Source: Octopus bimaculoides
Lineage: Eukaryota
NCBI RefSeq assembly: GCF_001194135.2
Contig: NC_068993.1
Span: 57,790,379 to 57,854,378, forward strand
Direction: 5' to 3'
DNA: 64,000 nucleotides
In this document: piece by piece, positions 53,071-64,000 of the stretch
Layout of the letters: every line of letters starts with the position of its first letter
How positions within the stretch are numbered: the first letter of the stretch is position 1
The notes under the pieces: generated by a model
What the model saw: only the letters and a program-made list of their open reading frames with translations
Databases searched by the model: none
What the model was told of the DNA's origin: nothing
Made by a program: the position numbers and the translations under genes

Positions 53071-53782
53071 CGAAAATAATGCCTCTATCCTGGATATGCA
53101 TGATGTAAGCAGAGCGTGACGGAATAAACAAGGGGAAACTGTAATTCCATGTGGACGTAAGTTACATACATGTAATGACACCAAATTGTTACATAACATA
53201 ACTTCAACATCATTAATATTGATTTCTGATTTTGGCGCCTGTATCCTAAAAATTTATCCCGGCAGTCGTCCTGGCAGTCCACATTAAGCCAGCGGCCATT
53301 GAAAGTACGTGCCTTCCAACGAAGTTGATGAGGAAATGAAAGAAATCTTTACTTTATAGTTCAGTACTACATTCGGTGTATGGGGGGGGGGAGGGGTTAT
53401 AACTAAATACATCGCTAATATTGTTATAAGTGATTTTTTTTTTTACCCAGTTAGGACAGGAAAAAAGATGCATTCGAGATTGCTATTAGCCAAAACCTAA
53501 CGGAAAGCTCTACAGACCACGGATCAAGTGTCTTGGAAATCTATGTAATGTGCGATGCCTGCGTAACCAAAACATTCTTTGATGGTAAGCTGATACATGT
53601 CATAGATATGAAATTGAGATCGATTTCATCTGATATCAGTAAGCGATGGAAGAAAAATGTGTTCAAAACTTTGGTTTAAATCACTAAAGGAAGGTAGCTA
53701 TCAAGATGAAACTAAAGAATTTTTATCTAAAAGAGACAAAAGCTTTATATGTATGCATACATGTATGTATAAAAATATACAC

Positions 53783-53821
<39 letters not shown>

Positions 53822-54389
53822 TATATACGTATATAAGGATGTGTGCATGTGTGTATACAAATGTGGGAGATCGTGAGCGTGGGGTGGGATATTTATTCGT
53901 GTGTCTTCAGGTTTAGATCAATGCTGCAAAGAATTCAAAGATATTGCTTCTGAGACAGTGAAATTGAATATGAAGAAAGAGAAAAGAACGTTGAGAGCAG
54001 CGGATATCGGCCAATATTATTGGCTTTTATAGATAAGAGAAGAAGACAAAAATTTAAGACGATTCTTCACAGTAGAATAAAGAGAAAAATACGTTGTCGC
54101 GTAGATAAAGTATGTTGAACGTTAGAAAAAATGCGCAGAATATACTGCTAAATGGAATGAGTCAAGAAGGGTATACACGGTACTCAGACAGCAGTCGGTG
54201 AATGGAAACCATAATGGATAGTTTTCGATAAAAGTTAGGAATATTGAATGATTTATGACAGCGAAAACCTATACCAAATGACAGGCGATACTAACCAAAA
54301 TGCTCTAAATAATTCTCTCACCTGTTGATATTTTACATATCTCCCATTGTTTAAAAGATCCTGGCATAGTTTTAGACAAATCTTGTACT

Positions 54390-55010
54390 GTTTTACTCTT
54401 TTACTCTTTTACTTGTTTCAGTCATTTGACTGCGGCCATGCTGGAGCACCGCCTTTTTAGTCGAGTAAATCGACCCCAGGACTTATGCTTTGCAAGCCTA
54501 GTACTTATTCTATCGGTATTTTGTGCCGAACCGCTAAGTTACGGGGACGTAAACACACCAGCATCGGTTGTCAAGCGATGTTGTTGGGGGGACAACCACA
54601 GGCACACAAACACTCACACACATATATATACATATACATATACACGATGGACTTCTTTCGGTTTCCTATTTCTTTACTGTCCACAAGGGGCTACACACAG
54701 AGGGGACAAACAAGGACAGACAAACGGATTAAGTCGATTATATCGACTCCAGTGCGTAACTGGTACTTATTTAATCGACCCCGAAAGGATGAAAGGCAAA
54801 GTCGACATCGGCAGAATATGAACTCAGAACGTAACGGCGGACAGAATACTGCTAAGCATTTCGCCCGGCGTGCTAACGATTGTGCCAGCTCGCTGCTTCT
54901 TTCAGTTTCTGTTTACCATATCCACTCAGAAGGCTTTGGTGGGCCGGACGCTATAGTAGAAGACACTTGCCGAAGGTGCCACGCAGTGGGACTGATTCTG
55001 GAAGCATAAC
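54390..55010 (-). mobile_element. SINE family B interrupted by a family A variant
   Basis: Tail at 54390-54665 (ttacttgtttcagtcatttgactgcggccatgctggagcaccgcc). The head resumes at 54897 (tatagtagaagacacttgccgaaggtgccacgcagtgggactga). Confidence 0.9.
54666..54896 (-). mobile_element. SINE family A variant with a different 3' tail, nested in family B, 14-bp TSD
   Basis: Flanks are CTTCTTTCGGTTTC (54652-54665) and CTTCTTTCAGTTTC (54896-54909). The tail, cacaaggggctacacacagaggggacaaacaaggac, is absent from the other A copies. Confidence 0.9.
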
Positions 55011-55474
55011 ATTTATTTGTAGTGACTACAATTGTTTTACGCAACGTACTCTTCTACGTTTTTAATAGAATATAACCAACACGATAAGTGCTTTTACAAG
55101 AACAAGATATAAATTACGTCACTTCTTATACGAATACATCAATGTGAGCAATGCGATCGAAAACAGAAAATAAAAAGGTAACGGGGTGTATGCATATTTC
55201 ACAAGTTACTCGCATTCGCACACGAAACGTTGTAACTTACAGTGCTGGTTCTCAATTATATGGACAATCTGTAGTCTATCACTTAAAAATGTGAATATTG
55301 CACTGCTAACACGGAAAATAAGATGTAATATTGACTTGTAAATCGTCAATATATTTGGTGGTATATTATGGTTGCAAATCGAACTAGTGTATCCTTACTA
55401 GTAATTAATAAATACACACACACACGCACATGCACACACACGGACAAACGTTTGTGCGCATGCGTGTGTGTGTG

Positions 55475-55540
<66 letters not shown>

Positions 55541-56171
55541 TACACACACACATTCATAATAGTATAAGTTTCTATTCTCTGCGGGCACAGAATTGGAATG
55601 CATCTCCCACTTGATTTTGTTCTGCGAAAGCTATATAGAGGGCACGCTGCTTTTTTTTTTTTACTTTTATTTTTATTTTTTCTAACACTATAAGTTGTAA
55701 ACACATTTCATAAAATATGAATATACCGAATCCTTATTTATTATTTGCTTCGAAATTCCAAAATAATAACATAGTCAATGCTTTTGAGACCTGGCACATA
55801 CGTGTCTTTCAATAGCATATTGTACGTGCCCCTACACCATAATTTAAAGTTGTGTATCTATTCCTGTAGATTCAAAACAAACATCACCACATTATTTTTA
55901 TCATTCCTATACATAATAAATCATTGAAAACATATAAGGGGAGTCCATTATTTGCTAAATATGGAATTAAGACGAAACAAATTTGAAATTCCAGTCGTTA
56001 TCAATAGTTATCTGCCTAGTATTTCTAGCATTACACAATCAATACTAACGGTTATATTATAATAATTCTACGATATATAATGCTACTTTATGTCTACGTG
56101 TATTTCCGCGCTACTTTACCTCATACATATACACATCTCTCGTAGTCTCAGTTGTTATCTATATAACGCAT

Positions 56172-56335
56172 AGGCGAGGCTGTGTGGTAACAAGGTTGCA
56201 TCCTAACCAAATGGTTCCGGGTTCAGTCCCACTGCGTGGCACCTTGGGCAGATATCTTCTACTGTAGTTTCTACTAGTTGACTAAACCTTTGTGAGTGGA
56301 TCTGGTAGACAGAAACTGGAAGAAATTCGCCGTAA

Positions 56336-56373
<38 letters not shown>

Positions 56374-56391
56374 ATGTGTGTGTGTGTGCGC

Positions 56392-56435
<44 letters not shown>

Positions 56436-56480
56436 TCGTGTTCGTGCCATCGCATGATAACCGATGCTGGTTTGTTTATG
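56172..56480 (+). mobile_element. SINE family B, 3'-truncated at the junction with a transposase remnant
   Basis: ggctgtgtggtaacaagg...ggttccgggttcagtcccactgcgtggcaccttgggc, then a microsatellite, then accgatgctggtttgtttatg. Confidence 0.85.
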
Positions 56481-57390
56481 AAAAGTGGCTTCATCACTGA
56501 ATACCATTTGACTTACAATGTCCGGTTGGATATTTGTCATTTCAGCTAGAATCTGACAACATTCCAAGCGAAACTCTTTTTACTGAGCCGTCAAAGCTTG
56601 GACAAATTTTACTTGATATCGTCTCATGCTAAGGTCTTTGGACAGGATTCGGCACACTTTTCTCTGTGGAATCCCTGTTCCCAGACTGCATCGTCTCGTC
56701 GATTTAGATGGACTCCGGAGTACGGCCTGCCGCACAGCAGCAATTTTAAAAGTAATTTTGTCTGATTTGGGCCGGCCCGCATTTCCTTGATGGTTTTCTG
56801 CTACTGATCCAGGCGATACAAACTTGTCATGGATACGATAAATTGTTAAACGACTTNNNNNNNNNNNNNNNNNNNNNNNNNNNNNNNNNNNNNNNNNNNN
56901 NNNNNNNNNNNNNNNNNNNNNNNNNNNNNNNNNNNNNNNNNNNNNNNNNNNNNNNNNNNNNNNNNNNNNNNNNNNNNNNNNNNNNNNNNNNNNNNNNNNN
57001 NNNNNNNNNNNNNNNNNNNNNNNNNNNNNNNNNNNNNNNNNNNNNNNNNNNNNNNNNNNNNNNNNNNNNNNNNNNNNNNNNNNNNNNNNNNNNNNNNNNN
57101 NNNNNNNNNNNNNNNNNNNNNNNNNNNNNNNNNNNNNNNNNNTATATATATATATATATATATACCTTTGTATGTATGTATGTATGTATGTATGTATGCA
57201 TGTGTGTATGTGTGTATATGAATATGTGGAGAAAAATACTGTGCGTAGCTGGTTAGTCATTGATGTTTCTAAGTTGGAAGCGGCTAAAGGAAGACCCTTT
57301 TGGAGAACCTTATTTTTTGTTTGGCAGTTAATAGAGGTAGCCTTATATATGCTGAGTTCAATACATTTCTGTAGAGGATATGAATTAGTT
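56478..57390 (-). pseudogene. Tc1/mariner-superfamily transposase remnant (DUF4817-type HTH N-terminus through the first catalytic D), split by a microsatellite and gap
   Basis: SYPLQKCIELSIYKATSINCQT (about 57385-57320), then after the gap RLTIYRIHDKFVSPGSV...AGRPKS...VRQAVLRSPSKSTRR...VCRILSKDLSMRRYQVKFVQAL and MVFSDEATFH. This matches the SGRP...SPxKSxRR...PYKxQxVQxL...FSDEAxFH pattern. Confidence 0.85.
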
Positions 57391-58709
57391 TTTACACACA
57401 CACAACTTATTTACGCACGTATGTGTGTTTTTATGTATAGAAATCTTTATGTACGTATATATGTATGCATGTATGTGTGAATGTGTGAATGAATGGATAG
57501 CTGAATGAAGCAATGCGGAATGAAGGAATAAAATGAAATGAATATTCTTGAAAAATCTAAATTCATTGTCTCGCCTACTAACCTGTACTTTGCTCGCTGT
57601 TTGCTGATAAATGCTGTATTTCTTCTTTGGCCTTGGACTTGTGCGTGATTGAATTACCGCTGTGGGCGATGTTTAATTGACACAAGAGAGAAGTTATGAG
57701 GAAGTGAAATGTCAGGTATAATCATAACATGTTGGGCTAAATGATGATGTTTTATGCGTTTTGTAGTTAATACACAGCAAGTGTGTATGGGGTGGGGATG
57801 GGGTGCGGTGAAAATAAAATAAAGAAGCAATAATAAGAAAGAGAAGGAAAGAAGGGGAAGCCAGAAAGAACAAAAGTAACGGCAAAAAATCAACCATTAA
57901 CAATAGAAAAACTAAGGACAAGCATAAATGAGGGAAAAAAATGAGGAAAAAAAATGACAAACAAAACAAAATATCAACAATGTCGTATCGCCATCTCTGA
58001 ATTATGCAGACTCGTTTTCGTTTGTTTCCAAACAGAGAGATCTATGATTACAGCAGGCTAATAAACCGGAAGCCTACAAATTAAACATGGACGACAGCTT
58101 TAAATCTGCCCATAGAATACACAAATATTAATAAACACGCTAACAAACATATAACGAAACCAACAAAGATACATAATAACTCAGCGTTCATTTAACAAAC
58201 TGTCCGAAATGTATCTGTCCAATGAATTTAAACCTGAATGTCGGATCGTCTGGTTTTAAATCGCTGAAACTTTAGGAATTGAGGTTAGTTTAAAATAGGA
58301 AACACAACTCAGTACTTACGCAACAAACTGAAATCTTTAGTCTTTTACGTCACGAATTTTCAAACATAATACTATCGATTTAGTTACTTTGGTTCCAGTA
58401 AACTACTAACATGGCTGGACAATAAAAACGAAGAAGAGAAAGAAAAATATACAGAGTCAATAAGAGAAGGTGTTGAAAAAGTGGATTGCGTGTCAGAAAT
58501 GCATCGTTTTTATTTCTTTGTGTTTCTCACAAGAACTTATAAATCTTTCTGCACCAGTCTCATACATTTTCTTTATTTGATTATAAAACAAACGGTGTGA
58601 GCAAGTACTTGTAAAGTGTGGGAAATGAATCTGCACAAGACTAGCATCGTAGCCAGGAAGAGATTTAACTCACTTCTGCTGGGAGTAAAGCTGTATCTCC
58701 GCAGATAAT

Positions 58710-58781
58710 TTACGTACTCCAATATGATTACGTACTCCAATATAATTACGTACTCCAATATAATTACGTACTCCAATGTAA
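58710..58781. repeat. Minisatellite of four 18-bp units
   Basis: The unit TTACGTACTCCAATATAA is repeated four times with two single-base variants. Confidence 0.95.
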
Positions 58782-59691
58782 TTTTCATGTAATTAAGAAA
58801 TCTGAGGTTTGATGAGTAGGTACCTGAGTAACCCCTCACTGAGTAATTATTACATCCACTAATTAAGTAACATGTAGCTTGCATTTTACCTACTTCACTC
58901 ACTCATTTTAGACTTTATTTTACATTCGTTGCTAACCGTGAGCTGTAATCAAGTTTCTTCAGCTTATCCGAAACTTGATACTGGAATCGCCTACAATCTT
59001 CTATGCAAATAAGTTATTACTGTACTTGAACGTACTTTTTTATACACACCAAGGTCTGTTCAAAGCTTACAGATTTCCTACACTCAGATCCTTGAAACTT
59101 AATAATCACACGCGCGCACGCATACACACACACACACATACACACACACACACACACACACCCTATATTATATATTACCTATTGCTTGTTCAAGGTATTG
59201 ACGTAAACATTTCGAAAATTTCGAAGACTACTTAAGCATAAGAAACTAGGCACTGAATTTTGACGGGTAGCTTTACAAAATAGTGTAAGAGATTATATTT
59301 TTACCTTATTTAATTTAAGAGATTAGCTTGTTTCCCAAACTGTTCAATCCTTCTGGTAAATTATTACTGTCACAATCAAAATACTGGTTAGTTATTTCTG
59401 TCACTATTATAAATAGCAGTTAGCTCCATCCAGTATTGTATCTATGTCCACTTTGCTAAACCGAGGCGCCGAATCTTTATAAGGTTTGATGACGTTCACC
59501 ACGGAACGTCAGAGATTGCATAGAAAATGCCGATTCTATTAGCTCATCTGCCTGGAAAGAATTGCTTTAATTGTGCAAGAGTGTCTCTAGCAGTACGTAT
59601 GAGAAGATGTGTGTGCGAATGCATATATGTGTGTGTATATATCGATATCTGTCTACTTATCTATATATCCATCTGTCTGTCTGTATATATG

Positions 59692-59799
<108 letters not shown>

Positions 59800-60620
59800 G
59801 CTAGCTAGCTAGCTAGCTAGATAGATAGACATACACACATAGACTCATATACATATATTCTTCTTATATGCATGTGTATAAGAATATGTTTACGAACACA
59901 CATATATTCTTCAGTATGTATGCGTGTTTCCGCACGAGCATGTAGGAGATTACCTATTTGAAAGTATGTTTCATACAAAAGAGGTTCAATATGTATGAGA
60001 GAGAGGGATTGAAAGAGGGAGAGAGATAGAGAAAGAGGCAGATGTAGAGGTAGAGAGACACCACACACACATACAGAAAGAGAAAAAGCGAGAGAGAGGG
60101 ACGGAGAGAGAAAGACAGAAAGCGTGGTAGAAAGACAAACAAGATGAAGTAAGGACTGGAAGATAGTGAAGTCGATTAAGACAGAAAAAAACGGAAGAAA
60201 GGCAGGAGTGACACCAGAAGGAGCAGTTTCGAGGAGGAAGAGTTGGAAAATACAGAGAGTAACTGAATGAAAGAGGAGGGGAAGCAGAGCGAGGGGGGAT
60301 AGAGAAAGGGAGAGAGTGAAAGAGAGACACAAGCAGCCAAAGTGAAAAAGGTAAGCAAAATGAAAGAGAAATGGGAAGAGAGGATGAAATTGAGAGAGAA
60401 GTCTTTGTGCGTCTGCGCGGGTGTAAACGAGCGTATGTATGTGTATGTGTGTGTGTATGTGTGCGTAAGTGTGTTTTGATGAACATCTAACATCCAAATG
60501 TATAATTAATCAGGACACACGCACCAATAATACAACGACAGTTGAACAAATAAGAAAATGGAGAAAAGTCAAAATATCAACAACAACAACAACAACAACA
60601 AGAACAAGAACAACAACAAC

Positions 60621-60687
<67 letters not shown>

Positions 60688-60958
60688 GGAACAATGATAA
60701 CAACAACANNNNNNNNNNNNNNNNNNNNNNNNNNNNNNNNNNNNNNNNNNNNNNNNNNNNNNNNNNNNNNNNNNNNNNNNNNNNNNNNNNNNNNNNNNNN
60801 NNNNNNNNNNNNNNNNNNNNNNNNNNNNNNNNNNNNNNNNNNNNNNNNNNNNNNNNNNNNNNNNNNNNNNNNNNNNNNNNNNNNNNNNNNNNNNNNNNNN
60901 NNNNNNNNTATATTCATGCATATACATACATACGCACACAGGCACACACACCCACATG

Positions 60959-61021
<63 letters not shown>

Positions 61022-61129
61022 GAAAAGACATGCATATATATATATATATATGTCTGTGTGTATTTATGTATGTATCTGTATAAATATGTATATATGCATG
61101 TGTGTATGCAACGGAAAGTAACACTACCT

Positions 61130-61900
61130 CAACCAACACCACCACCACCACCAACAACAACAATAATATCTACAACAACAACAACATGAACAACACCGAC
61201 AACAAAAGATGTAACGATTATGATGCGAACTAGATCGCATTAAACAACGACTGCAGTAGCAACATCAACAATGGTGGTCAGGAGATAGAAACCAACTGGA
61301 CAGGTGATGCTGGCTTCAGCAAGAATCAATTTGATGGAGGTCTGTATTATAACTGTCATCACTAAACAGGATCGTCATCATGTGGGCCAATATCATTACG
61401 TGTTCACTTGTTCCCCACTGTTGACGCAGATGACCATTGACAATGATAATGATGATGATTGTGATGGTGACGGTAGTGATGAAGATGATGATGATGCGAT
61501 GATGATTATGACGACGATCAATATGTTGAGAACGACGATGTCGTTGATGATGATGATGATGGTAGTGATGATGAAGATGTATCATCGTCCACTCTCCCAT
61601 CATCACCACCACCACCATCACACCACCACCACCACCACCACCACCACCACCATCATCATCTTCATCATCATCATCATCTTTACCATCGTGATCATCATCA
61701 TCATCAGTTATATTCGTTACCACAATCACTGACTTTCGCCTCTACCTTACCTTCATTGTATCGCGAAAATAATCTAGGCTTTCGGATGTGATAAAGCTAT
61801 CGTCGTCGTCATCAACATCATCGGCATGTTTGATATGATCATCATTAACGCCACCACCATCATCATCATCATCAGCATCATCATCATCATTTTTTTTATC
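61130..61900. repeat. Compound trinucleotide block: (CAA/CAC), unique spacer, (GAT), (CAC/CAT)
   Basis: Read directly. Confidence 0.9.
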
Positions 61901-62296
61901 ATATGAAGAGAAGAAGTGGAGAGCCTTGCAGGTTCACAACAACTGCGCAACAAAATTATGGTCCCCACTAATAAATATTGTAATTTTCATCATGCACGTC
62001 TCTACAGACAAAAATACTCACGTGTATGTATGTATGTATGTATGTATGTATCTATGCATGCATGCATGTGTGCATGTATGTATGTATGTATATATACATA
62101 CATGCATACATGCACGCATGCATACATACATATATATATACATAATAATATTAATATTAGGGATAAAAATCCAAATTTACAGGTAAAAACTCATATATAT
62201 ACACATAAATACTATGTGTGTGTCTGTATTTGTTAATATACACGTACACATCTTCATAAATACACATGTGTGCGTGTTCGTAGGTATATATATGTG

Positions 62297-62330
<34 letters not shown>

Positions 62331-63041
62331 NNNNNNNNNNNNNNNNNNNNNNNNNNNNNNNNNNNNNNNNNNNNNNNNNNNNNNNNNNNNNNNNNNNNNN
62401 NNNNNNNNNNNNNNNNNNNNNNNNNNNNNNNNNNNNNNNNNNNNNNNNNNNNNNNNNNNNNNNNNNNNNNNNNNNNNNNNNNNNNNNNNNNNNNNNNNNN
62501 NNNNNNNNNNNNNNNNNNNNNNNNNNNNNNNNNNNNNNNNNNNNNNNNNNNNNNNNNNNNNNNNNNNNNNNNNNNNNNNNNNNNNNNNNNNNNNNNNNNN
62601 NNNNNNNNNNNNNNNNNNNNNNNNNNNNNNNNNNNNNNNNNNNNNNNNNNNNNNNNNNNNNNNNNNNNNNNNNNNNNNNNNNNNNNTATGCATGTATATA
62701 TGTATGTATGTATATATGTATATATGCATGTATATATGTATGTATGTATATAAAATCGTTTCACATAGGCATGTATGCATGTATAGGGATTCCTGTGGCT
62801 TCTCTGGTGTAGAATTACGTTTTTAACTTGCAACATTTAATTACAGGAATTCGTATGAAATTTTCAAAAGAATTTTGATAAATGCCTCTTGGTGACGTGT
62901 GATTCGACTGTCTGTTTTGCTATTCACAGTAACGATGACAGAGGAATCGAAAGAAAGAAAAAAAAAATGAAAAAATGAAATAAAAAACAAAAAAAAACGA
63001 AAGAAAATGAGATTATAAAAATATTTATATAAATAGAAGTA

Positions 63042-63073
<32 letters not shown>

Positions 63074-63190
63074 CTTAAAGAGAAGTTCTGCAGCAAAAAT
63101 TATAGCATTAATACATTTTGTTAATAACGATGATATCAATAATGATATAATTGGTCCTGATGGTTAATAGAATTTGTAATAATAATAATG

Positions 63191-63278
<88 letters not shown>

Positions 63279-63550
63279 TAATAATAATAATAAACAATGG
63301 CAACACTAACAGCATTGATGATATTAAGAGCAATAATACCAATTTTACTAACATCATTATTTCTTGCTTTCGGATTTCATATTTTTATTATGATTCATTA
63401 TTATTAGTATTTCTGCGTAACTCCCAGTGGATTATCCTCCAGAGGACGCCATGTCGTTTCTTGTATTCTTTCTGTGCCAGCATGTTACAATCATTGACTG
63501 TATGAGCAACACTTTCCTCTTCTGATTTACCTATCATCCTAACCACAAGT

Positions 63551-63667
63551 GCGCATAGCCTAGTGGTCAGTTGTGTTTCATTAATAAATGCCAGATAGCG
63601 GCTTCAATTCCTAGCCCGAGTGCTGCGTTGTGCTCTTGAGTAGAACACTTCATCCTACGATGCTCTA
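63551..63667 (+). mobile_element. Degenerate SINE family D head
   Basis: gcgcatagcctagtggtcag...gcttcaattcctagcccgagtgctgcgttgtgctcttgagtagaacactt. Confidence 0.5.
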
Positions 63668-63691
63668 ATAGTAGTTGTAGTAGTTGTTTTT

Positions 63692-63726
<35 letters not shown>

Positions 63727-63747
63727 TGTAGCAGTAGTAGTAGCAGC

Positions 63748-63788
<41 letters not shown>

Positions 63789-63869
63789 CAGCAGCAGCAG
63801 AAGCACTAATAATGATTTCTGTGAACTGTTCTACGTAATTTTCATTGAAAAATAATCTTTAGTCGTTTA

Positions 63870-64000
63870 TCTTTTACTCGGTTCACTCATTAGACTGTGA
63901 CCAAGTTGGGGCACCGCCTTGAATTTCCAGTCGAATGAATAAACCCCCTCCCCCACAGTACTTATCTTTAAAGCGTGGTACTTATTCTGTCGGTCCGTTT
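63870..64000 (-). mobile_element. SINE family B 3' module, cut by the window end
   Basis: ttttactcgg...gactgtgaccaagttggggcaccgcctt...ggtacttattctgtcggt. Confidence 0.7.

Noticed and set aside
58710-58781. Repeat array as a possible CRISPR or coding repeat (ILEYVI x4)
   Set aside because: There are no spacers, the context is eukaryotic, and it is a simple 18-bp minisatellite.
58948-59511. Small perfect hairpins (10-bp stem 58948-58979, 8-bp stem 59490-59511)
   Set aside because: Too short for pre-miRNAs, no ribozyme core, and plausible by chance.
63428-63499. 72-nt frame-preserving segment (x)DYPPEDAMSFLVFFLCQHVTIID between CCCAG and GTATGA
   Set aside because: Moderate splice sites and no recognisable homology, so it cannot be distinguished from background without RNA data.

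Overview
AT-rich, repeat-saturated animal genomic DNA with about 25 N gaps, most flanked by (TA)n or (CA)n. The SINE families and microsatellite load point to an octopod cephalopod draft assembly (inference from recalled repeat sequences, not a database hit). I cannot confidently recognise any host protein-coding gene. Almost all ORFs in the supplied track are translations of microsatellites or gaps. Recognisable coding remnants are all decayed transposable elements: an R4/Dong-type REL non-LTR retrotransposon (about 2810-4299), a Hero-like 3' end (10530-10810), an RTE-like LINE (17030-18490), two possible Penelope-like remnants, and three Tc1/mariner-superfamily fragments (4296-4561, about 45880-47100, 56478-57390). 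There are many tRNA-derived SINE copies from about four families, including two nested insertions with visible target-site duplications. The best non-obvious signal is a near-complete type I hammerhead ribozyme fold on the minus strand at 49383-49451, plus three or four more decayed hammerhead-like motifs in Penelope-like tails. Several isolated splice-site-bounded open segments are reported only as low-confidence exon candidates.
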